Source of the DNA: an uncultured Candidatus Saccharibacteria bacterium
GTDB taxonomy: Bacteria; Patescibacteriota; Minisyncoccia; Phycocordibacterales; CAIRYW01
Length of the DNA stretch: 58,004 nt
Assembly (NCBI GenBank): GCA_964386665.1
Contig: CAYLQP010000004.1
Coordinates: 22,845 to 80,848, forward strand
Direction of reading: 5' to 3'
Shown: in pieces, positions 27,207 to 37,320 of the stretch
Layout: every line of letters starts with the position of its first letter
Position numbering within the stretch: position 1 is the stretch's first letter
The notes under the pieces: model-generated
What the model was told of the DNA's origin: nothing
What the model saw: the letters and a program-made list of their open reading frames with translations, nothing else
Databases searched by the model: none
Program-made: the position numbers and the translations under genes

Positions 27207-28160
27207 TTAAAAATTATTCCAATAGTTTCCTACTTGGTCTGCAGTAAATAGTATACCATTTTGTTTGAGATAGTTTGCAATAACGTTAAGTGCTTGTGTT
27301 TGGTTTGCAACTGCTTGTTGATATGCTCCTATATAAGCAGCTTTCTTTGCAGGATCGAAATCCTCTTTAAATACCAGAAGTGACTCACTCACAATAGAGT
27401 AATTATTTACAATTATAAGGTGTAAATCACTAAAAATCTCTGGAACCGCAATTTCAGATACTTTTTTTGCTGTATCTTTATAGAGGTTGCTTAACACATC
27501 AACGTTATTAATAATCATTTCTCCTTTTTCTGCAATTTGTCCGATGAGATACATTTGAACTGTTGCTATATTTGATGCATAAGTTCGAATATCTTCCGTT
27601 GTTGCGTTTGGAATTATAAGTAGTGTTTCTTTTATATATTTTTTGTATACAACAGATTGTTTTGTAAGTGCGGTAAGCTCAGAGATGATTTTTTCTTTAT
27701 TTTCTTGACTTAATTCACCGTCTTGTTTAAGAGAGATTAATTTTGTTAAAAGGTTTTTTGACAATTCAGAAGTAACTGTCTTTAGGTTAGTGGTTTTAGT
27801 AGTTTCGTTATTATTTAGGTTTATTGAAGTATCAACAGCCTCACTTATATCATCTGGACCACTGATTAGAGGGTTTCTGCTTTGTTTTACCTCATCAAAA
27901 TCAGAAGTTCCGTCTTTGTCTGTATCAATTGCTTTAGGATCTGTACCTCGAAGTATTTCTTCCCAATCAAAAAGCCCATCACCATCAGTATCTTCTAGTG
28001 TAGTGAGTGTCTCCACACTCGTGTTGCTTGGATGTACTAGATTTGTTCCGTCTTCTGTCGTAGTAAAAGGGTTGCCATTACGGAATATAAAAGCGGAGAT
28101 AATTATTGCAGACGCAATAATTAGTAACCCATAGATTTTTTTACTTGGTTTTTCTTTCAT
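27207..28160 (-). CDS. membrane-anchored protein with thrombospondin type-3-like Ca-binding repeats
   Basis: 317 aa with an N-terminal TM and DTDGDGLFDWEE...DTDKDGTSDFDE repeats. Confidence 0.55.
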   Translation of the reverse strand: MKEKPSKKIYGLLIIASAIIISAFIFRNGNPFTTTEDGTNLVHPSNTSVETLTTLEDTDGDGLFDWEEILRGTDPKAIDTDKDGTSDFDEVKQSRNPLISGPDDISEAVDTSINLNNNETTKTTNLKTVTSELSKNLLTKLISLKQDGELSQENKEKIISELTALTKQSVVYKKYIKETLLIIPNATTEDIRTYASNIATVQMYLIGQIAEKGEMIINNVDVLSNLYKDTAKKVSEIAVPEIFSDLHLIIVNNYSIVSESLLVFKEDFDPAKKAAYIGAYQQAVANQTQALNVIANYLKQNGILFTADQVGNYWNNF

Positions 28161-28217
28161 AAAGAATATATGAAAATATTATAGCAGACAAAGTAGATAT
28201 GCTACAATAGTATTTGT

Positions 28218-29030
28218 ATGAAAAGCACATATAAAAAAATTTTTTCTTTACTCTTTTTCTTTTTTGCTTTTGATGTTGTATCAGGGGCGGAGCTTTTTGT
28301 CTCTGATTTGAGATTAAATTCACAGGGTGAAGAAGTGAAACTCCTTCAAGAGGTACTCAATACTGATTCGCACACAATAGTGAGTCCAAGTGGTGCTGGA
28401 TCTCCTGGAAATGAAACTGTATTCTTTGGTCAAAAGACAAAAGAAGCTGTTATCCGCTTTCAAGAAAAATATAGTAATCAAATTCTTACCCCACTCGGAC
28501 TTTCAAGAGGAACTGGTATTGTTGGGTTCAATACAAGAAAAATGCTTAATGAAATCAAAGGCCAAGTCTCCTTTTCACCTGTAAACAACACTTCTTTAGA
28601 TAGTATGGCTCAAACACAAAACGTGTTTGTATCAGAAAATAAATATCCTCAAATTACTTCTTTAAGTACAGGTGTTATCAAAGACCCTTTTGTCACTCCT
28701 TTGGTTATCACTGGAAAGAATTTTACGGCTGATAATCAGGTGTTTTTATCAGTTCAAGGACTAGAAATATTTGATGCACCGTCTTTTGATGGTAGTACAA
28801 TTTCTGTTTTTTTGCTTTCTCAGGTAACTAATACGTTAGAGAATTATATTTCGAGTGTATTGGCACAAAGTGGTAATACTCAAACAAGGGAAAGCATTAT
28901 TGATGTTTTGAAGGTACAGTTTAATTCAGTTGGGCGTGATGGGGTGTATGTTCCTGCATCTATTTTTGTAAGAAATAAAAACGGTGAGAGTAATAAATTT
29001 GGTATAAAGATTAATATTCTAAAAGAGTAA
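28218..29030 (+). CDS. secreted peptidoglycan-binding-domain protein
   Basis: 270 aa with a signal peptide. The PG_binding_1-like segment is LRLNSQGEEVKLLQEVLN...FGQKTKEAVIRFQEKY. Confidence 0.65.
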   Translation: MKSTYKKIFSLLFFFFAFDVVSGAELFVSDLRLNSQGEEVKLLQEVLNTDSHTIVSPSGAGSPGNETVFFGQKTKEAVIRFQEKYSNQILTPLGLSRGTGIVGFNTRKMLNEIKGQVSFSPVNNTSLDSMAQTQNVFVSENKYPQITSLSTGVIKDPFVTPLVITGKNFTADNQVFLSVQGLEIFDAPSFDGSTISVFLLSQVTNTLENYISSVLAQSGNTQTRESIIDVLKVQFNSVGRDGVYVPASIFVRNKNGESNKFGIKINILKE

Positions 29031-29034
29031 CTAT

Positions 29035-29415
29035 ATGCATTTCAAAAAAAATATTTTCTTTCTTCTACTTCCTCTCTTTTTATTAGTACCTGAAAGATCT
29101 TCTGCCATTATGGTTGAAATGCCATATGGTGGACTAAGAATGTTAACAATACCTTGTAATTGTCCCGCAGGATCACCTTCGCAGTTTGCAGTTGTTATAT
29201 TTGATTATGTTCAGCATCGACCTATTGTATTGTCATATATGATTTTTGCATCAAAATTATATAATAATTTTAATTTGTGGGCATCAATGTATATGCTCGG
29301 AACATACAATCCTTATATTAGAGGGTCTTGCATCGTAAGTGTTACGGGGGGTGATTGTGAACCCTTATTAGATGATGGGCTTATGGGTACACTTCCTGGA
29401 ACAGGAACCTCATAG
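29035..29415 (+). CDS. small secreted Cys-containing protein, function unknown
   Basis: 126 aa with a signal peptide. It starts 4 bp after the previous gene. Confidence 0.5.
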   Translation: MHFKKNIFFLLLPLFLLVPERSSAIMVEMPYGGLRMLTIPCNCPAGSPSQFAVVIFDYVQHRPIVLSYMIFASKLYNNFNLWASMYMLGTYNPYIRGSCIVSVTGGDCEPLLDDGLMGTLPGTGTS

Positions 29416-29514
29416 TAATTGTCATTTATAGCGAGTGGAAGTATTGTTTTATTATATATAGGGATTTAAGCTCTATTTACCCCCACTTATAAAAAACTCT
29501 TTTTTGGTTGTTTT

Positions 29515-30309
29515 TTATTTTAAAGTTATTTTTACAATATCACCCCAGAGAGATTCGGGTATATCTTCTGCTCGTACTGTTATAGAAATGTTTTTTTCTT
29601 CTAAATATTTTTTGAGTTCTTGTGTCTTGTTATAAGATTTTAAGTTTCCAAGTAACTGTTTTCTTTTTTGGCTGAATGCTTTTTTAATGATTTCAAAATA
29701 ATCTGCAACAGCAATATTGTGCATTTGTAGTTTTTTGTCTGATATAGCATCAACAAATAACACAGCAGAGTCAACAGACGGTGCTGGTGTGAACATTGTT
29801 CTTTTTACAATTTCGATGATTTTTGGGGTACCAAATATCTTTACAGAAAGTGAGAGAATACTTTCTTTTTTATCGTGTGCAACAATGCGGACCGCTACTT
29901 CCTTTTGAACAAGCAAGGTCATTGAATGAGGTTTGTGTTCTGCTTCAAGAAATTTTCGCAGAATTTCTCCCGTGATGTAATAAGGTATATTGGCAATAAT
30001 TTGGTATTTCTTTTCTTTAGGAATGATTGAATCAATATGTATGTTCAAAACATCTTCTTCGGTAAGTAATAGTTGGTTTTTTTGTATTTCTTCAAAAAAT
30101 TTCTTTTGAAGAGGTTCAATGAGTTCTTTATCTTTTTCAATTGCAATGACTTTTGCACCAGTACGAAGAAGGGCTTCCGTCAGAATTCCTTTACCTGGAC
30201 CAATTTCAATTATTGTATCTTCAACGGTCGGTTTTGAGGTGAGTGCTATTCTTTCAACTATTTTTTTTGACCGCAGAAAGTTTTGTCCCAAATGTTTTTT
30301 TGCGCGCAT
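29515..30309 (-). CDS. rsmA: 16S rRNA (adenine1518/1519-N6)-dimethyltransferase
   Basis: Begins KKHLGQNFL and carries the SAM motif EIGPGKGILT. Confidence 0.9.
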   Translation of the reverse strand: MRAKKHLGQNFLRSKKIVERIALTSKPTVEDTIIEIGPGKGILTEALLRTGAKVIAIEKDKELIEPLQKKFFEEIQKNQLLLTEEDVLNIHIDSIIPKEKKYQIIANIPYYITGEILRKFLEAEHKPHSMTLLVQKEVAVRIVAHDKKESILSLSVKIFGTPKIIEIVKRTMFTPAPSVDSAVLFVDAISDKKLQMHNIAVADYFEIIKKAFSQKRKQLLGNLKSYNKTQELKKYLEEKNISITVRAEDIPESLWGDIVKITLK

Positions 30310-30311
30310 AT

Positions 30312-32273
30312 TTAAAAGTCTAAATAAATAATTTTTTCTCGACGCTCTTCATTGTTACCATCTATTTCTATGTATTGATCATCTATCTCGAGAACAAACT
30401 CAGATGGAATCGTAACATTTTCGGATCCGAAAATTGTTCGTATATTTGCATACGTGAGATATACTTTTTTTCTTGCTCTGGTGAGTGCTACATAAAACAG
30501 TCTTCTTTCTTCCTCTTCATCATCTTTTGATCCTCCCTTCGCATTCATTCGAACGTGTGGGAATAAGTTTTGTTCGAGTCCTGTAACAAACACATAATCA
30601 AATTCAAGTCCTTTTGAGGCGTGAACTGTCATAAGTCTAATACCTTTTCGTTCGTTTGATAACTCATCTTGATCGCTTGAAAGTGATACGTGTTCTAGAA
30701 ACTTTTCTATTCCCTCTCCTGGAAGCAGGTTGTCATAGCTTTTTGCGATTGTAACAATTTCTTTTATGTTTTCAATACGTTCAACATCTTCGGATCCCCC
30801 AGCAATAAGTGCACTTTCGATACCAGAAGTGAGTATGATTTCTTTTATTAATTCACTTGGTTTTTTTGTTTCAGCGTGTTCTTTTATGGTATCGAGGAGT
30901 TGTTCAAACTGTTTTATTTTTTCTCGAGCTGCTTTTGGCAGTTCTTCCGTTTTTCCTTCTAGTACCTTCAGTAAAGTTACCTTACCAACTCCTCGACTTG
31001 GGAAACTAATTGCTCGTTTAAAATCCGAAATTGAATCTCTGTTGAGTGCCGCTTTTAAGTAAGCGAGCGTATCTTTTACTTCCTTTCGTTCAAAAAATTT
31101 TGTACCAAGAAGAGTATATGGTACTTCATATCGGAGGCACGCTTCTTCAAGAGAGCGCGATTGAAAGTTCGCACGATACAATACGGCAATTTCCTCTTCT
31201 GGTACTCCTTGGGCAATAAGCATTTTTGCAGTCTTAGCCACATAAATTGCCTCTTCTCTTTCGTTGTAAGATGCTTTCACAGTAACCTTGTCTCCCGTAG
31301 GGTTTGTAGTGAAGACGGTTTTTTCTTTTCGCATAATATTTTTTGCGATAGTTTGATTTGAAACTGCAATAATCGTTTTACTTGATCGGTAGTTTTGTTC
31401 AAGCAAAATGGTAGTAACATCAGGAAAATCTTTTTCAAATTTCATAATGTTCTTAAAATCAGCTCCTCTCCAGCTATAGATCGCTTGATCAATATCCCCA
31501 ATCGCTGCAAGGTTATGTGTTTCTCCTGCAAGAAGTTGCATAATTTTATATTGCACTTTGTTGGTATCTTGATATTCATCCACGTGAATATATTTCCAAA
31601 TACCTCTATAGTAAGACCCTATCTCTTCTTTTTTTAAGAGAGAAAGTGTTTTAAGTAGTAGATCATCAAAATCAAAAGCCTTTTCTCTTTGAAGGGTTTT
31701 TTCATATTCTCGCCATATTCGTAGGGCGATTTGTTGCATATATTCGTTTGGGGTGTTTTGCGCAAATTCTTCAAAAGACACTCCAGCTCCTTTTTCTTTT
31801 GAAATAAGAGAAAGGATTATCCCTGGGTCATATTGTTTTTGGTCTATTTCAAGTAAATCCATTGCGTCTTTGATTGCTTTTTTTGAGTCTGATTTATCAA
31901 AAATACCAAAGTGTCGTGGAAATCCAAAAAGATGAGATTGTTCTTTTAAAATATGTACTCCAAGTGAGTGGAAGGTAGAAATGAAGGGTTTTTCATCTAG
32001 TGTTACTCGGTCGAGATGAGGGTCTTGTTTCAGCATCTGCAAGGTTCTTTCTTTCATTTCTTTGGCCGCTTTGTTTGTAAAGGTAATTGCAAGTATCTGG
32101 CTTGGTCGAACTCCTTTTTTAATAAGATGGAAGATTCGGTGAGTAATTGTTTTGGTTTTACCTGCTCCCGCCCCCGCAAGAATCAAAAGAGGTCCTTCTG
32201 TACATAATACAGCTTCTTTTTGTCTTGGATTTAGGTCTTCAAGGTAAAAAAGTTCATCATTAATTTCTTTCAT
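30312..32273 (-). CDS. pcrA: UvrD/PcrA-family ATP-dependent DNA helicase
   Basis: 653 aa with LNPRQKEAV, Walker A AGAGAGKTKT, a DEYQDT motif and VALTRARKK. Confidence 0.9.
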   Translation of the reverse strand: MKEINDELFYLEDLNPRQKEAVLCTEGPLLILAGAGAGKTKTITHRIFHLIKKGVRPSQILAITFTNKAAKEMKERTLQMLKQDPHLDRVTLDEKPFISTFHSLGVHILKEQSHLFGFPRHFGIFDKSDSKKAIKDAMDLLEIDQKQYDPGIILSLISKEKGAGVSFEEFAQNTPNEYMQQIALRIWREYEKTLQREKAFDFDDLLLKTLSLLKKEEIGSYYRGIWKYIHVDEYQDTNKVQYKIMQLLAGETHNLAAIGDIDQAIYSWRGADFKNIMKFEKDFPDVTTILLEQNYRSSKTIIAVSNQTIAKNIMRKEKTVFTTNPTGDKVTVKASYNEREEAIYVAKTAKMLIAQGVPEEEIAVLYRANFQSRSLEEACLRYEVPYTLLGTKFFERKEVKDTLAYLKAALNRDSISDFKRAISFPSRGVGKVTLLKVLEGKTEELPKAAREKIKQFEQLLDTIKEHAETKKPSELIKEIILTSGIESALIAGGSEDVERIENIKEIVTIAKSYDNLLPGEGIEKFLEHVSLSSDQDELSNERKGIRLMTVHASKGLEFDYVFVTGLEQNLFPHVRMNAKGGSKDDEEEERRLFYVALTRARKKVYLTYANIRTIFGSENVTIPSEFVLEIDDQYIEIDGNNEERREKIIYLDF

Positions 32274-32334
32274 ATACCAAACTATACCACGTTCCTTGCC
32301 TTTTTTTGTTTTCCACAGCCTTATGTTTTACTTA

Positions 32335-32363
32335 TTGACTCACCTGTAAGATAGGGCTATGAT
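32335..32363 (+). promoter_or_regulatory. sigma70-type promoter (TTGACT-17-TATGAT)
   Basis: -35 at 32335-32340 and -10 at 32358-32363. It lies about 200 nt upstream of the annotated GTG of the LysM/M23 gene. Confidence 0.5.
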
Positions 32364-32568
32364 TATATGTATACAGTTATTGCTGAATTATGGCTTGCTG
32401 GCTTTGTCTATAAACAAACCCTCACAAAGACCATATCCGAAAAGAACCCAAGAATTACAACGTTAAATTTGATTTATCTCTAAAAAACTAGATGCCGAAA
32501 ACACTATTTCTGGCTTAAAAGAGCCTGTTTCTAACAAAAAACCCATATTTATAAAGAGTTTTTTTGTC

Positions 32569-33561
32569 GTGGGAGCCTGTTGTTTGGTTATATTTACAAC
32601 CTTTTCGGAAGCCCGAGCAGGTTTTTTTGATTTTGTGACTGATATATTTGCCTCTGAAATTGAAGCTGAAGAGAAACCGGTTCATAATTCACAAAACATT
32701 CCCCTTCTGACCGCTGTAACAAACAGTGAGCCTCATATCGATACTACCCCTTTAAATATTGTTGATGAAAGTGTTATTGAAGCGGCGGTTGGTCCTATGG
32801 GAACTCCTTTAGAGATTGAACAAAAGGATATTCCAGACAAGATTTCTCTATATATCGTAAGACAAGGTGACACGCTTGCGAGCGTAGCAAAGATGTTTGG
32901 AGTTACTCCTAATACTGTTTCTTGGGCAAATAATGGAAAAAAAGTCTTAAAGCTAGGGGAAGAACTGGTGATATTACCTATTTCAGGACTTAAGTATACT
33001 GTTCAAAAGGGCGATACGCTTTCGAGTATTGCAACCAAGTTTAAGGCCGATAAAGATGAAATTGTTCAATTTAACGATATTATAGGAGCTATATCAGTAG
33101 GACAAGAGATTATTATTCCAGATGGAACATTGACCACTACTTCAGCAACCAAGCCTACAACAGGTGGAGGATCTTCAGTATCGACACCAACTGGACTTAG
33201 TGGTTACTTTATTCGACCAACCTCAGGAAGAATGACTCAAGGTCCGCACGGTCCTCGACGATCAGCTGTTGATATTGCCAACAAAGTTGGAACTGCTATT
33301 TATGCTGCCGCAAATGGAAAAGTAATCGTAGCGCGTTCTGGAGGATACAATGGTGGTTACGGAAGTTATATTGTAATTGAACACGCGAATGGTCTTCAGA
33401 CTCTTTATGCCCACCTTTCAGGTATTCAAGTTTCAGCAGGACAAAAAGTATCAGGAGGAGATGTGATTGGTGCAATGGGAAGTACAGGTAAATCAACAGG
33501 ATCTCATCTGCACTTTGAAGTTAAGGGAGGTAAGTATGGTTGGAATCCAGTCGCAAAATAA
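32569..33561 (+). CDS. LysM-domain M23 metallopeptidase
   Basis: Two LysM repeats (YIVRQGDTLASVAKMFGV and YTVQKGDTLSSIATKF) and the M23 motif GSTGKSTGSHLHFEV. The start is uncertain; see findings. Confidence 0.85.
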   Translation: MGACCLVIFTTFSEARAGFFDFVTDIFASEIEAEEKPVHNSQNIPLLTAVTNSEPHIDTTPLNIVDESVIEAAVGPMGTPLEIEQKDIPDKISLYIVRQGDTLASVAKMFGVTPNTVSWANNGKKVLKLGEELVILPISGLKYTVQKGDTLSSIATKFKADKDEIVQFNDIIGAISVGQEIIIPDGTLTTTSATKPTTGGGSSVSTPTGLSGYFIRPTSGRMTQGPHGPRRSAVDIANKVGTAIYAAANGKVIVARSGGYNGGYGSYIVIEHANGLQTLYAHLSGIQVSAGQKVSGGDVIGAMGSTGKSTGSHLHFEVKGGKYGWNPVAK

Positions 33562-33722
33562 AATTTTTCCTCGTCCGTATCCCGCTAGCAAGTTATACCC
33601 TCGGATTACCTCGGCGGGGTATTAGGCGAGGAATCAGGGAAAATTTTGTTTGTAGAGAGTTTCTACGCAAACTCTATTGTCATCTCCTCACAGCAAGCTC
33701 CGAGGTATTTCAAGAATAACTT

Positions 33723-35252
33723 TTATACTAACTCTTTTTTCTGTCTAAACTGAAGCGCCTCAAGTATGTGTCTTTCAAGAACAATTGGTTCTTCTTCAAG
33801 ATCTGCAATGGTTCGTGCGAGACGAAGCACTCGGTGGTATGCTCGTGGAGAAAGACCTAGTTTTTCTGCACCCATATTGAGAATAAGACGCGCTTTTTCA
33901 TCGACATCAATAAGTCTATTAATATCTTTTGCTTTTATCTGACTATTTCTAGTTGTTTCTTTGTTCACTGCACTATTACGTTTTGTTTGGATGGTTCGTG
34001 CTTTAATTATTTTTTTCTTTATATCAGCACTTGATTCACTGAGGTCTTTATTTGCCAGTAATGTGTGTGCGATATCAGTTACTTCAATCCACATATCTAT
34101 ACGATCTAAAATGGGACCAGATATCTTTCTTTGATAACGTTCAATTGTTCCTGGTGGGCAAACACATTTTTTGTTTTCAGATCCGAAGTTGCCACAAGGA
34201 CAAGGATTCATTGCGGCTACAAGTATAAAATCAGCTGGGAAAGTGGCAGTACCTTTTGATCTTGAAATTCGAATCTTTTTTTCTTCGAGCGGTTCACGAA
34301 GAGATTCAATAACTCGTCTATCAAATTCAGGAAATTCATCAAGAAAGAGTACGCCTTTGTGCGCGAGTGTTATTTCCCCTGGTCTTATATGTTGCCCTCC
34401 TCCGACAACCGAAACGTGAGAAGAAGTATGATGAGGAGCTCTAAAAGGTGGATGTTTGCGTGCACCTTTTTCTAATAATCCCGCAACAGAATGAATTGAG
34501 GTGACATCAAGTACTTCTTCATACGTAAGAGGTGGTAAGATACCTGCAAAAGCTTTTGCGAGCATTGTTTTACCTGTGCCAGGTGGCCCCCACAAAAGAA
34601 TGTTATGTCCCCCAGCGGCTGCAATAATAAGAGCTCGTTTTGCAAACTCTTGACCTTTGACGTCTTTAAAGTCAATTTCGTTTTCACTTATTTCATCACA
34701 AGTAACTGAAAGAGAAATGGTTGGTACAGGGATTTGTTTGGTAAGTATTTGAGTTGTTTCAAGAAGTGTTTGAACACCGATTACTTCAATATCTTCAATA
34801 AGAGATGCTTCTTCGACACAATCTAAAGGAACAAATACTTGTGTAAACCCTTCTTCCTTCGCTTTGCGTGTAATGGGTAAAATACCGGGTACATTTCGGA
34901 TTCCTCCATCGAGGGCGAGTTCGCCAAGAAATATTTTGTCTTGTGGATCAAATTGTAACTGATCAGACGCAAGTAGATATGACAGTGCGATTGGCAGATC
35001 AAAATGAGAGCCTTCTTTTTTAACCGCTGCAGGTGCAAGTGAGATTACTACTTTTTGGTTTTTTGCTTTTGGTGATTCGAAGTTACTGTTTTTGATTGCT
35101 GCCCCCACTCTATCCTTTGCTTCTTCTACTGCCTTGTCGGGTAATCCAACTACTGTAAATGAATACAGACCTCGAGCGAGGTCTGTTTCCACCGTAATGA
35201 TAGATCCTTTCAAAATGTCACTTTGTCCAGAAAATACCTTTGCGATACTCAT
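33723..35252 (-). CDS. comM: YifB/ComM-family Mg-chelatase-like AAA+ protein
   Basis: 509 aa with a Lon-like N-terminal domain, Walker A GPPGTGKTMLA and FLDEFPEF. Confidence 0.9.
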   Translation of the reverse strand: MSIAKVFSGQSDILKGSIITVETDLARGLYSFTVVGLPDKAVEEAKDRVGAAIKNSNFESPKAKNQKVVISLAPAAVKKEGSHFDLPIALSYLLASDQLQFDPQDKIFLGELALDGGIRNVPGILPITRKAKEEGFTQVFVPLDCVEEASLIEDIEVIGVQTLLETTQILTKQIPVPTISLSVTCDEISENEIDFKDVKGQEFAKRALIIAAAGGHNILLWGPPGTGKTMLAKAFAGILPPLTYEEVLDVTSIHSVAGLLEKGARKHPPFRAPHHTSSHVSVVGGGQHIRPGEITLAHKGVLFLDEFPEFDRRVIESLREPLEEKKIRISRSKGTATFPADFILVAAMNPCPCGNFGSENKKCVCPPGTIERYQRKISGPILDRIDMWIEVTDIAHTLLANKDLSESSADIKKKIIKARTIQTKRNSAVNKETTRNSQIKAKDINRLIDVDEKARLILNMGAEKLGLSPRAYHRVLRLARTIADLEEEPIVLERHILEALQFRQKKELV

Positions 35253-35256
35253 GATA

Positions 35257-35631
35257 TTAATTTAGATGATCGTTTAAATGTGCTTTACAAGTTCGTGCGG
35301 CTGGATTTGCTTCGAGTCGGTCTTCTTCAATTGATTGTCCTGAGACTTCACATAGACCATACGTACCAGTGTCGATTTTTTCAAGCGCTTTATTTACTTC
35401 TGCAAGACGCACTTCGAGATCGATTGTAATTGCGGTGTTGTTTCCGAATTCAGCCAAATCATCTGCAACTTCGTTTCGATCTGCTATATCTATATCAAGA
35501 TCACTTTTTTTTGGTTCAAAATCCTCCCCGTTTTCTGGGTTTACTTGACCAATAGTGCCAAGCTCTTTATGAAGAAGAGCTTTTTCTTCTTCTAGTTTTT
35601 TCTTATAATATTCGAGTTTTTCTTTTTCCAT
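35257..35631 (-). CDS. DksA/TraR-family C4 zinc-finger protein
   Basis: 124 aa with an N-terminal coiled coil and a C-terminal CEVSGQSIEEDRLEANPAARTC zinc finger. Confidence 0.8.
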   Translation of the reverse strand: MEKEKLEYYKKKLEEEKALLHKELGTIGQVNPENGEDFEPKKSDLDIDIADRNEVADDLAEFGNNTAITIDLEVRLAEVNKALEKIDTGTYGLCEVSGQSIEEDRLEANPAARTCKAHLNDHLN

Positions 35632-35654
35632 TTGAAATATGTTTACGTTTGTAA

Positions 35655-36671
35655 TTATCTATTTAGGAGACTTTGCTCACGGATTCTTTTTATCATTTCT
35701 GTAAATGTATTCACCTCTTCTGTACATATTACAAAAACTTCGTCTATTATACTATAAAAAAACAAAACACTATTATCTGGAGCAGAAAGCGCACGGGTGT
35801 CTTTGTTTGCAATAATTTTGTCTTTAAATACACGTGTACTTGTACTTGTATTACTCAAGAATATTTTTTTTAGATCTTGTTCAAGGTGAGTTTCCCATTC
35901 AAGCATTCCAGGAAAGATTTGTTCCAAGCTCTCCCCTTTTAGTATAAGGACAATTTTTCCTTCTCCTCTAACAAAGTTAATCCCTAGGAAATACTCTTGG
36001 TTCATTGTTCTTGCGAGATTGTCAGGTATCTTGAACTCGAGTATTTTTATAAGATCAGTAAGTAAAATAGGTTTTTGTTCTAAATTATCTAAAGCTAGTA
36101 GAGTTATCTTTCTAAGTCCATCAGTGGCAGGAGGATTTTTTAGTTCTTTTGCAATTTCTTCACCGATTACTCGTGCGGAAGGATTCTTTATTTCAATAAC
36201 TCGTTCACTATCAGCACGCAAGATTGTTGGAACAACAATAGGAATTGTTTTTGGAGTGTTTGCCGATTTGTTCTTCTGAAAGAAAGCATACCCGACCGCA
36301 CCTATCCCACCAAGGATAAGCATAAGAGAAAGGGTCAAAGAAGTAATAAATAAAACAGAAGCTTTTTTCTTTGGTGTATCTTCGATGTGTTCTACGGTAT
36401 GTTTTTGTACTGCTTCCGACGTAACAATATGTGAAAGAGAGAGGTTGTCACCATCAACTGCTGTATTGATATCCCCTGTAAATGTCCGTAAGGTTGGTAA
36501 ATCGTCAGGTTCTGCAAGACTTTTTGGTATCTGAGATGGTGTGCGCTCCGTCACCGTGCTTTTGTCAGTATAAAACGAAGACTCTGGATTTATCATATCA
36601 GAGAGTTTTGCATTTGAAATAGCTTCTTTGTTTGCGCTCAGTGCGTTGTCTAAAAACTCTTCTTTATTCAT
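35655..36671 (-). CDS. single-pass membrane protein, function unknown
   Basis: 338 aa with a central TM (VLFITSLTLSLMLILGGIGAVGYAFF). Confidence 0.55.
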   Translation of the reverse strand: MNKEEFLDNALSANKEAISNAKLSDMINPESSFYTDKSTVTERTPSQIPKSLAEPDDLPTLRTFTGDINTAVDGDNLSLSHIVTSEAVQKHTVEHIEDTPKKKASVLFITSLTLSLMLILGGIGAVGYAFFQKNKSANTPKTIPIVVPTILRADSERVIEIKNPSARVIGEEIAKELKNPPATDGLRKITLLALDNLEQKPILLTDLIKILEFKIPDNLARTMNQEYFLGINFVRGEGKIVLILKGESLEQIFPGMLEWETHLEQDLKKIFLSNTSTSTRVFKDKIIANKDTRALSAPDNSVLFFYSIIDEVFVICTEEVNTFTEMIKRIREQSLLNR

Positions 36672-36732
36672 AAGAACTATTTTACTACAAATGTGACTTA
36701 AAACTAAATAGGGCCCTGCTTTTAAGTAAGGG

Positions 36733-37299
36733 TTAGTATTTACGAATGACTCCTTTTACAACTGCTCCAATAAAGAAACTTTCTGTCGGATAAATAGGTT
36801 TGTAATTTTTGTTTGCGGGTTCAAGGTATGGTTTACCATTCTTTTCTCTATAGTATTTCATAGTCCACTCTCCATCCACGTTTGCAATAACGATCTCACC
36901 AATCCGTGCTTTTGAAGATACTTGCGCGATGACAATATCGCCGTCTTCGATATGAGCATCAATCATTGAGTCCCCATCCACTTCAAGCATGTAAGTTGAT
37001 TCTTGTTGTTCTACCAAAAACTCATTTATGTTGATAGTCTCGTATCCAATGTCGAGTGCCTCTGATGGAAGACCTGCTTTTACTGTTCCAAGAAGTGGGA
37101 TATCGCCAAATGCTTTAGCAGGCTTAAGTCTCCCTAAGTGGTCTTTTATAACTAAACCCGCTTCAATACATTTATCAAATACTTTTGAAACCGCATTTTT
37201 TGATTTGAATCCAAAAAGCTTCATCGCTTCTGAGTATGTCGGCATTCTGTTTTCTTTTACGTAGAATTCAGTTATTTTTCGTTTATATTCTTGAATCAT
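36733..37299 (-). CDS. lexA: LexA repressor (S24 peptidase)
   Basis: 188 aa with a winged-helix N-terminal domain, the catalytic Ser in VDGDSM and Lys in VVKGVIRK. Confidence 0.9.
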   Translation of the reverse strand: MIQEYKRKITEFYVKENRMPTYSEAMKLFGFKSKNAVSKVFDKCIEAGLVIKDHLGRLKPAKAFGDIPLLGTVKAGLPSEALDIGYETININEFLVEQQESTYMLEVDGDSMIDAHIEDGDIVIAQVSSKARIGEIVIANVDGEWTMKYYREKNGKPYLEPANKNYKPIYPTESFFIGAVVKGVIRKY

Positions 37300-37320
37300 T
37301 TATTTCAAGTATAGCTTATT

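Noticed and set aside
33559-33647. GC-richer imperfect hairpin (aaaatttttcctcg...cgaggaa...ggaaaatttt) in the convergent spacer between the M23 peptidase gene and comM. I considered it as a riboswitch or sRNA.
   Set aside because: It lies downstream of both genes and is flanked by A and T runs, so a bidirectional terminator explains it. I could not match it to any riboswitch consensus I know.
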